Positions 1 to 7,980 of a DNA stretch of 60,151 bases are shown piece after piece (position 1 is the stretch's first letter; every line of letters begins with the position of its first letter). The DNA lies in assembly GCA_030827365.1 (NCBI GenBank), contig JAUREO010000005.1:1-60151 (forward strand), given 5' to 3'. Both the position numbers and the translations under genes were made by a program. The DNA is from Poseidonia sp. GTDB taxonomy: Archaea; Thermoplasmatota; Poseidoniia; Poseidoniales; Poseidoniaceae. The notes below the pieces were generated by a model. The model was given only the letters and a program-made list of their open reading frames with translations, was not told the origin of the DNA and searched no databases.

Positions 1-32
1 TATTGGTCAATTATTTGTTCTGACATTGTTCT

Positions 33-764
33 TCATCCTCCAATCGCTTTCACGGCACCAAGGTAGAGTCCCATCGAAAGAACCATCCACAATGGAAGCC
101 ACCACAGCATATCCTTCAGCCTACCTAACATTCGTCCAGTAACGCCTACTCCGATCACTGAAGCGACAGCAAAAAACATAGCAAATGTCGAATTAAATTC
201 TGAGATTTGATACCCCTTGCTGGCAGGGGCAAATAACCCGACAATAAACGCAATGAGCACTGGTAAGCCAATACTTACAAAGAGAATAATAAGAATGCCT
301 CTTCCTTGTAATTCAACTTCTCTTTGATTCATGAGATCGTTCAATCGTTCATAATCACGACTTAAGTCCGCAAGTATTGGTTGTAACGGAGCATCCTGCT
401 GTAGTGCAGTTTCAACCAGAACCATAACCCTTTGAACTTGTGTTGAACGAGTTTTTGCAGCAAATGAAGCTAACATTGCTTCAAATGAAGAAGAGTGTGA
501 TTCTCGTAATGTATCTTTGAGTATCGAAGTGAGCAAACCTGGAGATGAATCCGCTTGCTCCTTCATTGCTTCTTGAAGGCCTCGACCAGCACCCACAGAA
601 TCAGAGAGGGCTTCAAGGAAACCAGGAAGTTGATTTTCAATATCTCTTCTTCTTTTTCTTTCAAGCATCGGTGGAATTCCACCACCAATACAGGCGACTG
701 CAATGATGAGGATATACAGCATCAATGGTGAGTCATTGAAGGATTCTAAAATTCGTGGTATCAT
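33..764 (-). CDS. Type II secretion system F-domain / Tad-type pilus platform membrane protein (TadB/TadC/ArlJ family)
   Basis: N-terminal TM, then 'RRRDIENQLPGFLEALSDSVGAGRGLQEAM' (T2SSF signature), 'LQPILADLSRD', and three C-terminal TM helices. Confidence 0.85.
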   Translation of the reverse strand: MIPRILESFNDSPLMLYILIIAVACIGGGIPPMLERKRRRDIENQLPGFLEALSDSVGAGRGLQEAMKEQADSSPGLLTSILKDTLRESHSSSFEAMLASFAAKTRSTQVQRVMVLVETALQQDAPLQPILADLSRDYERLNDLMNQREVELQGRGILIILFVSIGLPVLIAFIVGLFAPASKGYQISEFNSTFAMFFAVASVIGVGVTGRMLGRLKDMLWWLPLWMVLSMGLYLGAVKAIGG

Positions 765-770
765 AAGGTA

Positions 771-1352
771 TCACAGCCCTGGGTCCTTCGTGTGTGCTTT
801 TAAGCCAATGAAAAACATAGCAACGAGCGTTAGAATAAGTCCAACATTGACCACCGAATTCATAACAGCGGCATCGGGTAAACTCATGAATGCACCGAGG
901 TCTCCAGACATGATTTGTGGAACAAGACCAATAATGGCGAGGATGATTGGGCCAATCATACCGATTGATAATAGTGATTCCGGAACGCCTCCGAGCGTTT
1001 CGATGTATTTTTCCACTTCTTCAGTTCGCTCTTCTTCCATTCTTGCACCTTGCTTCTTGAGTGTATCAACAAGATCAGTGTTCTGTGTAACATTCGTGTA
1101 GAGTGTGTTAAGGAGCCGTTGGTAACCCTTCGATTCAGCAGTCTTTTGAAGTGCTTTAAGTTCATCACCTAATCCACGTGTTTTACCTGAAGTCAGTCGT
1201 TCCATCATGCTCGAAAAGTCTTCAGAAATAATGCCATAACCACCCTTTCCGATGGTATGTAATGCTGCTTCTAAACCAACACCAGAAGAAATAAGGACAT
1301 CCAACGTTCGAATGACATAGAGAAGTTCTCTTTTTTCCTGAAGGCTTCGCAT
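771..1352 (-). CDS. Type II secretion system F-domain / Tad-type pilus platform protein (second paralogue, no N-terminal TM)
   Basis: 'ELLYVIRTLDVLISSGVGLEAALHTIGKGGYGIISEDF' T2SSF pattern, 'DLVDTLKKQG', two C-terminal TMs; GGTGA SD upstream. Confidence 0.85.
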   Translation of the reverse strand: MRSLQEKRELLYVIRTLDVLISSGVGLEAALHTIGKGGYGIISEDFSSMMERLTSGKTRGLGDELKALQKTAESKGYQRLLNTLYTNVTQNTDLVDTLKKQGARMEEERTEEVEKYIETLGGVPESLLSIGMIGPIILAIIGLVPQIMSGDLGAFMSLPDAAVMNSVVNVGLILTLVAMFFIGLKAHTKDPGL

Positions 1353-1362
1353 TGTTTCACCA

Positions 1363-1716
1363 TCAAATTACATCTTCAATAAATTCAAACAAAAATGAAC
1401 CATTTTGACTATCGTATTCTAGAACCGAAAAAATAACCTTGACATCTCGTTCATCAAATGGGTCATGGATGAACGGTTGACCTGTACGAAACATGGAAAC
1501 GATTTTCTTGTAATCCTCCAGATTTAATTCACCACGAACGCTATACACGGAAGATTCTGAACCCTCATCATGTAGGTCATCGCCTTCACCCCCGCGGAGA
1601 ACAGTACGAGTGAGTCTTCTTGTCATTCGGACATGAATATCAGCATTTGGAATTCGCATCCAATCCGAACTAGAAGTTGCGGTCGCGGGACGAATAAAGA
1701 AATCGATGCCAGCCAT
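1363..1716 (-). CDS. Hypothetical 117-aa protein resembling Mu DNA-circularisation N-terminal / P2 GpU tail-tube-like domain
   Basis: Pattern RRL..T...GG.G..L.D.G....Y...G....DY......F.TG.P.I.DPF....V......Y......F.FEFIE parallels that family; 10 bp upstream of the T2SSF gene. Confidence 0.55.
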   Translation of the reverse strand: MAGIDFFIRPATATSSSDWMRIPNADIHVRMTRRLTRTVLRGGEGDDLHDEGSESSVYSVRGELNLEDYKKIVSMFRTGQPFIHDPFDERDVKVIFSVLEYDSQNGSFLFEFIEDVI

Positions 1717-1747
1717 TGAGCGAAGGAGGTTAAGTGAAGGTATTCAA

Positions 1748-1761
1748 TTTGACGGGTCAAA
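1748..1761. promoter_or_regulatory. Perfect inverted repeat TTTGAC-GG-GTCAAA adjoining the TATA-like box of the 117-aa gene
   Basis: Palindrome read directly; lies immediately upstream of TTGAATAC (minus strand), which is 23 nt before the ATG at 1716. Confidence 0.35.
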
Positions 1762-2682
1762 CTATTGGCCATGAATCATAATGAACCAACCGAAACGTGG
1801 TTCTTCAATCACACCATTTTGAATCAAAAGGTCAATGGCTTCCTCAGTGGTTTCTCGATCGAAACCTTTGGACATCGTATTTGACATGATGGTTTGATAT
1901 TGAACGCCTTCGCCTTGGTCGAAGTGTGATATGACCGTCTTGATGAGGTCTCCAACCGATTGATCACTTGAGTCAGTGTCTTCATTGATTGGTAACCGGA
2001 TTTCGGGCGGGGGTGTAGTTGCTGCGTCGATTTTTCCTTCAGCAATATCGAGTGCTTGCATGACATTTAGTTTGAAAACTTCGAGGTCGACATCGCCATA
2101 ATGGTGTCGAGCAGCCACCATGGATTGATGGAGGCGTTGAGGAATGTCCGTGTTTGAGAAGCCTTCCAACGTTGCTTCAACATCAAGAGATGATGCCCAA
2201 TATTGAATTCTATTGTAGGTTGATTCTGCAGCATCAAGGAGCCAATTTGCGTACTTTTGTCGAGTGATCTCGGTCATCTCCTCGGGTCGTAATGAAGTGT
2301 ATACTCCTCCATCCTCAGATTGATACCACCTTGTTTTCGCAATCAAACCAACGAGAATGGGTTCACTTGATGACACTCGTTCATGAAGTTGGTGAATTAA
2401 CTCTTGAAGTGATAAAGACGAATATTCGCCGATTGAAAAGTAAAACAAACCTGTGGGGTCTCGAATTTGACCTTGATACATTTGAGTTCCGTTTGATGTT
2501 TCCCTTACTTCAAGTCTTTCGAGAAGTCCTGCGACAACGATTCTGTTGACTTTACAACCAAGTTTCGTAATGACGAAAGTGGGGTCATATTCTCCAGGTC
2601 CTTTTTCGTGCAGATGGGAACTTCCAAATTCAGAAGCGAGCATAAGCTCGCTTGGTTGCCGAACAATTTGTCGTTGCTCCAT
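1762..2682 (-). CDS. RPA32-like / RPA-associated OB-fold protein with C-terminal winged helix
   Basis: 'DPTFVITKLGCKVNRIVVAGLL', 'QIRDPTGLF', 'SLRPE' OB motif; C-terminal 'FDRETTEEAIDLLIQNGVIEEPRFG' wHTH; ATG overlaps the RPA stop (TAATG), so start placed at 2682. Confidence 0.85.
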   Translation of the reverse strand: MEQRQIVRQPSELMLASEFGSSHLHEKGPGEYDPTFVITKLGCKVNRIVVAGLLERLEVRETSNGTQMYQGQIRDPTGLFYFSIGEYSSLSLQELIHQLHERVSSSEPILVGLIAKTRWYQSEDGGVYTSLRPEEMTEITRQKYANWLLDAAESTYNRIQYWASSLDVEATLEGFSNTDIPQRLHQSMVAARHHYGDVDLEVFKLNVMQALDIAEGKIDAATTPPPEIRLPINEDTDSSDQSVGDLIKTVISHFDQGEGVQYQTIMSNTMSKGFDRETTEEAIDLLIQNGVIEEPRFGWFIMIHGQ

Positions 2683-4361
2683 TAGTTCCACCCCCACAAT
2701 GCACGTAATTCAGTCGCCCTCATTTGTGGATCTCGTTCAGGGATACTAATTTCTGATGCAAGAATCATGGTTCCCTGTCCATCAATAATTGCCCTACCTT
2801 TGACCACAGCAAAAGAAGTGAGCAGTTGAGAGCGCAAGTCCATCAAAAACTGGTCTTGACCAGCCTCGATGGACTTCTTGAATTCCTTTTCGTTGAGTCC
2901 AGTCAATTGCAATGAAGCCTCCTTGTTAGCAAGAATAGATGCGGTTGAGCCATGGGCATCAAGAATGAGGCGTAAACGAATGTCTTCTTCTCCTGGTTGC
3001 TCACCATGCTCAAAACAGCGTCCTTCCCTCATGACTTTACGGCATTCGGGGCAACGCAAAATGAGGCCAGAATCCTCTTTCACACTCACGATTGTGCCTT
3101 GGGTTTCAATGCCAACGCGTGAGCCTCCAGCAGCTAATTCATCGAGTTTCACCTCGACAAAATGAGATTCAGGGTCAATGTCCCCCTCCCAAGGAGGGTC
3201 TTCAAGTACAGTCAATTGAGAGGCCGAATCAACCATAATGTCAGGAATACCTTGCCAAGCAGAAACACGAGCAGAAGTTATTTTTACAAATAATGGGAGG
3301 TCTTTCTCTTCAAAAGAAACATCTTCCCATACCGTCATTTTGCACGAACCAGTAGGGTCGATGGCTTGTCCAGACCAAAGGTGTCGCTCCTCTCCTTCCC
3401 GTTCAAATGTACGTTTCATCCAATCCGTAATTTGCACGATAATATCTGCATCTCTTGTTCCATCTCGAAGATTTGAAATTGTTGTCATAGAGGATCGCTT
3501 CAAATCGTCAACTGAAGAGAATTTAGAATCGTGATATGGTTCGATTTTTGTCGTTCGTCCGAAATTTAATTCAGGTGTGTCTCTGAAGGTTTTAATTTGT
3601 GCTCCAGAGATTTTGATCAAAGCACCGACTTCGTGAGAAAATGGTTCCCATGAAAGAAAACCGATATGGCCGGATGAATCGGCAATACGACCACGAATCA
3701 CGTCGATTGAGCCTGAACCATCTTTTCGATGAATTTGGTCGTTTTTGATAGACAGAACTCTGCCGACAACTGTAACGTATCCATCGTTTGGCAGTTCAGC
3801 AATGTCTTGTGGATCTTCGGTTTTGACCGTTGAACCTGTCCCTTCTTGAAGGACAACGATTCTTGAGCTTTGGTTGATGTTGATGGACATTTTACCATTG
3901 TATTCATTGACAGATGCTCCTTCGAGTCGGATGATACTACCCGGGAGTAATTGAGAGTTACTGCCCCAATCCTTGTAATCCCATCTTGTTCTTTTTTGTT
4001 CATTTTCCCAAGGAAGGTCTTCAATCATTCCAAATGCGATTTGTCGTTCCTCACCTCGAATGAGTTGCTGACGAAGATTATGAGAAACCACAGCGACTTC
4101 GATTTCAACATCTTTGTCATCACCTTTTAATTCATTGAATTGGACAACCTTTTTTGTTTGTCGTTGTTGTGTTGGTTTCGACTTTAAAGGTGTGTCTGTT
4201 TCACTTTGAAACTTACGTAAAACAGACCTCAATGCATCTTGAGGAGGAATATAAAATTCAGTTTCATATTTTTCAAATGCCGAATGAATCTCATCCGGTG
4301 ATGCATCAGGAATTTCTTTCAACACAGCATCAATGTAATCTGAATACTTTGAATCACTCAT
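2682..4361 (-). CDS. rpa: Replication protein A large subunit (multiple OB folds plus Zn finger)
   Basis: Repeated OB folds ('GRIADSSGHIGFLSWE', 'AIDPTGSCKMTVWE'), 'RCPECRKV...CFEHG...EEDIRLRLILD' Zn finger; start at ATG 4361 after GGAGG. Confidence 0.9.
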   Translation of the reverse strand: MSDSKYSDYIDAVLKEIPDASPDEIHSAFEKYETEFYIPPQDALRSVLRKFQSETDTPLKSKPTQQRQTKKVVQFNELKGDDKDVEIEVAVVSHNLRQQLIRGEERQIAFGMIEDLPWENEQKRTRWDYKDWGSNSQLLPGSIIRLEGASVNEYNGKMSININQSSRIVVLQEGTGSTVKTEDPQDIAELPNDGYVTVVGRVLSIKNDQIHRKDGSGSIDVIRGRIADSSGHIGFLSWEPFSHEVGALIKISGAQIKTFRDTPELNFGRTTKIEPYHDSKFSSVDDLKRSSMTTISNLRDGTRDADIIVQITDWMKRTFEREGEERHLWSGQAIDPTGSCKMTVWEDVSFEEKDLPLFVKITSARVSAWQGIPDIMVDSASQLTVLEDPPWEGDIDPESHFVEVKLDELAAGGSRVGIETQGTIVSVKEDSGLILRCPECRKVMREGRCFEHGEQPGEEDIRLRLILDAHGSTASILANKEASLQLTGLNEKEFKKSIEAGQDQFLMDLRSQLLTSFAVVKGRAIIDGQGTMILASEISIPERDPQMRATELRALWGWN

Positions 4362-4462
4362 TAAAGAAGCCTCCGTCAAGCGTGTGTTCTCTCAGCCTGA
4401 CAAGAGGACAGGCGATGGTTTTTCGTGCGGGTTGGGGAAGACAATACACTCCATTTACCTCC

Positions 4463-4496
4463 ATGGTGAAAGCCACCATTGACGACAGGGTATAAA
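4463..4496 (-). promoter_or_regulatory. Probable rpa promoter: TTTATA box (4491-4496) and ATGGTG-N5-CACCAT inverted repeat (4463-4479)
   Basis: Canonical archaeal TATA on the minus strand; the palindrome overlaps the expected transcription start. Confidence 0.45.
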
Positions 4497-4533
4497 CAAT
4501 GTCATTCAAAAAATTGCTGACGAGATGAAGCAA

Positions 4534-5919
4534 TTAAGCAGGATTGATTTTGATGTGTGATTGCAAGGCAACATCAGTGAGGTGAAATCGTCCCCGGACA
4601 GAAATCTCGTTTCCAAGTTCAACATTTGACTGAAGCGCTGATATGAGGTTCCCCGAAATTCCAGCCTGAGAAAGCGGTCCAACAATCTCGCCATTTTCGA
4701 CTCGTAAAATTGTGCTGGAGGTGACAGAAAAATCACCAGATGTGGGGTTTGCAGTATGTGCACCCATGACATCTTGAATAATGTAGCCGGTGTTGATGAT
4801 GTCGAGCAATTCGGCTCTACTGTGTTGCTTTTTTGTCGTTTCTAATATCATTTCAGAGCAAGATGTTGCAGGTGGAGATTGATAACTTGACCGAAACGCA
4901 GAACCCGTTGTTTGTGCCGATTCGACCTTTCCTTCTTGAACCATTTCTGCAGCATCACGGACGGACCACAACGTATTCATCAATACTCCTTGTTTAATCA
5001 GTGGTAATATTTGTGTTGGGACGCCTTCATCATCTCGAGATGAAGAGGCAAGCCCACCCTCCAATCTTCCGTGATTGGTAATGGTAAGGTGAGGGTCAAT
5101 GACCTGCTTGCCCATTTGGTTTGACCAAACCGAAATATTTCTTGCTACACGTTCACCAATGACAGAGTTTGGCACGATATATTTGAACAAGCTTGAAAAT
5201 GCAGAGGGTGTGAAAATCACTTTTGCCTCTTCGGCAGAAAGATTGTGCTTTATTGGATTTTGTGTCATTTCAGCCCAATAAAGAGCGTTGTCAACACAAT
5301 GAGGAATGTTATCTAATTTGACCCTTGAACTTTGGTGATCATAACTTGAAGAAAATGTATCTTTATCTATAGAAAGTTGCACTCCAATTGAGTTTATCGT
5401 TGATTCTCCGGATTCTTCAATGCCCGAACTTGAGATAAGGCATGATGCAGTGGTTGAAACTTCAATGCCGCCCCCCGTGACGATTGCATGCTCATTTTTT
5501 GAAGCAACGTGGGCAAGAATATCATCAGCATTTTGAAGCAAATCCTCTGAACTGGTAGCGACAATGGATTTGTCAAACATACCATCTACCTTCTTCGTTG
5601 ATTCAAATGAAGGCAAATCAAATCCTTGGATTTGCGGCGAGATATTTGCAATTTTTTTTGCTAACTCAATTGCGGAAGAAACGTTCTGAACGTCGACCAG
5701 ATGGGCGAAGCCGAAGCGGCCTTTGTCCACCACCCGAATGCCAAAACCGCCGTCACCTCCGCCTCCGGCAAGGCTAATTTTTCCCGCTTCGATCTCGACA
5801 CCCTCGTTGTAGCTTTGCATGCCAATAATGTCCCATTGTTCAACACCTGCGCTTTTGCACGCATTAGAAATAACATCTGCTTTTTGGAGCAACCTATCGA
5901 GAGCATCAGTTGGAATCAT
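4534..5919 (-). CDS. pmbA: PmbA/TldE family protein
   Basis: 'GFGIRVVDKGRFGFA', 'DDEGVPTQ..LIKQGVL', 'HTANPTSGDFS', 'ENGEIVGP'; no HExxxH; 3 bp downstream of tldD. Confidence 0.9.
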   Translation of the reverse strand: MIPTDALDRLLQKADVISNACKSAGVEQWDIIGMQSYNEGVEIEAGKISLAGGGGDGGFGIRVVDKGRFGFAHLVDVQNVSSAIELAKKIANISPQIQGFDLPSFESTKKVDGMFDKSIVATSSEDLLQNADDILAHVASKNEHAIVTGGGIEVSTTASCLISSSGIEESGESTINSIGVQLSIDKDTFSSSYDHQSSRVKLDNIPHCVDNALYWAEMTQNPIKHNLSAEEAKVIFTPSAFSSLFKYIVPNSVIGERVARNISVWSNQMGKQVIDPHLTITNHGRLEGGLASSSRDDEGVPTQILPLIKQGVLMNTLWSVRDAAEMVQEGKVESAQTTGSAFRSSYQSPPATSCSEMILETTKKQHSRAELLDIINTGYIIQDVMGAHTANPTSGDFSVTSSTILRVENGEIVGPLSQAGISGNLISALQSNVELGNEISVRGRFHLTDVALQSHIKINPA

Positions 5920-5922
5920 ACT

Positions 5923-7359
5923 TCAACCAACCAGTGCTTCTTTGATTCTCATGAGTGGGCCGCCATCACCAACTGGAACTGTTTGTCCTTTACCGCAGAA
6001 ACCTGGTGAAGCGATAGTAGCATCTTTTGTTAATCCGTCCACATTATTGAGAATTTCAAGGGTCATTCCACTGACACTCACGTCTTTTAGAGGAGTCGTT
6101 AATTCACCATTTTCAATGAGCCATGATTCTTGTGCAGAAAATTGGAAAGAACCACGGCCAGTGTCAACTTGACCCCCTCTTGAGCCACATGCATAGACGC
6201 CAAACTGGATATCCGCAAGGAGGTCGTCAAGATCTTTATGAGTTCCACCTTGAATAATTGTGTTTGACATTCGTACCATTGGATGATGCAATCCATCTTG
6301 TGCTCTTGCCCCAGCATTTGGCTCAATTCCAAAATGATAAGCTGTTTCTCGGTGATTGAGATATTCGGTGAGAACGCCGTTCTTAATCAATAATTTTTCA
6401 CGGGTGTTCAAGCCCTCATCATCGATAGGAAATGCTCCATAACCGCCACGTAGCGTAGGGTCATCAACAACTGTCACAATGTCACTACCTATCTTCTGGC
6501 CAAGTTTTCCATCAAGGCATGAATCACCCGCAGCCACTAAATCTGCTTCACAAGGGTGCCCAAGTGCTTCATGGATGTAGACTCCGGTGAGGTCAGGGTC
6601 TGCTACAAGAGGCATTTTTCCTGAGGGTGCTGAACTTGCATTTAGAAGTCGTACAGTAGATTTTTCAGCTTTTGTAGCAAGGGCATCTAAATCTGCCTTT
6701 TCGATAATTTCAACACCACCTTCACCACCTACTCTGGTTCTGTAGGACATGACATTGGTCCCCGAACGCCCTTCCAATGTCGCATGCATCAGTGTGCGTT
6801 GAAAAGACCAAACTCTATCCATGCCTTCTGAAGTGACCAATTCGGTGTGAATGTGTTCATCCATCCAACCGCACTTTACCGATTGAATGGAATGGTGATG
6901 AACAGAGGATGTAAATTCACGCATGTAACCTAATTTTTCGTCGAGTTCAGTCGTTCGGACATCCTTTTTTGTTTGCCAATGAACCTCATCTTGGTAGATT
7001 GGTACCTCTGCGAGATCGATTGGAGGTACATTTGATGCCCTTCGATTTGCAACAGCCTTGGCAAGTTTTACTGTTGATGGTACTTGTTCGTGAATTTGGT
7101 GAAAGTCAGTTGTTGAATGAATTCCCCATGAACCATCGACAAGAACCCTCAGAGTAAGTCCAACTTGCTGGCCAGGAACTGCTGATTCGATTTGCCCATC
7201 TTTCATCTTTATGTCAGTTTCAGTAAGGGCAACCAGTCGAGCTTCTGCGTACTGAGCACCCTCGTCGATGGCAAGGTCAATTGCTTTTGCAATTTTTCGA
7301 GAATCGAGGTATCGATTTGAGAAATCTGCACGCCCATTGTGTTCAGATGAAATGACCAT
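5923..7359 (-). CDS. tldD: TldD family metalloprotease
   Basis: 'IHEALGHPCEAD' (HExxxH), 'DDEG', 'RMSNT', 'GGQVDTGRGSFQF', 'GFCGKGQTVPVGDGGP'. Confidence 0.93.
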   Translation of the reverse strand: MVISSEHNGRADFSNRYLDSRKIAKAIDLAIDEGAQYAEARLVALTETDIKMKDGQIESAVPGQQVGLTLRVLVDGSWGIHSTTDFHQIHEQVPSTVKLAKAVANRRASNVPPIDLAEVPIYQDEVHWQTKKDVRTTELDEKLGYMREFTSSVHHHSIQSVKCGWMDEHIHTELVTSEGMDRVWSFQRTLMHATLEGRSGTNVMSYRTRVGGEGGVEIIEKADLDALATKAEKSTVRLLNASSAPSGKMPLVADPDLTGVYIHEALGHPCEADLVAAGDSCLDGKLGQKIGSDIVTVVDDPTLRGGYGAFPIDDEGLNTREKLLIKNGVLTEYLNHRETAYHFGIEPNAGARAQDGLHHPMVRMSNTIIQGGTHKDLDDLLADIQFGVYACGSRGGQVDTGRGSFQFSAQESWLIENGELTTPLKDVSVSGMTLEILNNVDGLTKDATIASPGFCGKGQTVPVGDGGPLMRIKEALVG

Positions 7360-7405
7360 GATATTGCTAAATTGATGGAGTCCTTTAACCCTCCTAAAAA
7401 TTGGG

Positions 7406-7951
7406 TTACGTTTGTAAATCAGCGTAGTGTATATGCGAAATTGCTAAGATTTCAAAATCAACTGGCTCGGTAAAATCTTGAATACCGAGTTGATTCAATC
7501 CTGCTACATTTGGTGTTCGAGTGGATTCATCTATTTCACAACCCAATAAATCAAGGAGCGACACTGCAATTGTATTGACATCCGAGTTATGAACCTCTGT
7601 GAGTTGAATCACACCTTCAATTTCATCGAATCCAGCCTCCGGTAGATAAATCAACCAACCGTCATTTGAATCTGTGTCAACTCCTGCCCTTGAAAATGCT
7701 TCAGATACATGGTTCGTACCGGCTAAATACCGCAAAAACTCCGCATCAATGGTTCTTGCCAACGCTGTTTTTCGTTCAAATCTACGAACGGATGCTTCCC
7801 AAGCTGTCCAAAGTTGGAAGTCTGAAAAAATTACCTCACTATGACACATAACCCAGCGATTGCTTGGTCTATTGCTGATGAATGTAGGAATAAAATCCGG
7901 GTCGGATTCACCACCTTTTCTTCGCCATGCAAACTTGGGAAATGACTCCAT
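7406..7951 (-). CDS. cgi121: KEOPS complex subunit Cgi121
   Basis: 'ALARTIDAEFLRYLAGTNHVSEAFSRAGV' matches the Cgi121 core; directly downstream of hel308, a common archaeal linkage. Confidence 0.8.
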   Translation of the reverse strand: MESFPKFAWRRKGGESDPDFIPTFISNRPSNRWVMCHSEVIFSDFQLWTAWEASVRRFERKTALARTIDAEFLRYLAGTNHVSEAFSRAGVDTDSNDGWLIYLPEAGFDEIEGVIQLTEVHNSDVNTIAVSLLDLLGCEIDESTRTPNVAGLNQLGIQDFTEPVDFEILAISHIHYADLQT

Positions 7952-7980
7952 AATCCACCGTCATGCTCCAACTTTTTGAA

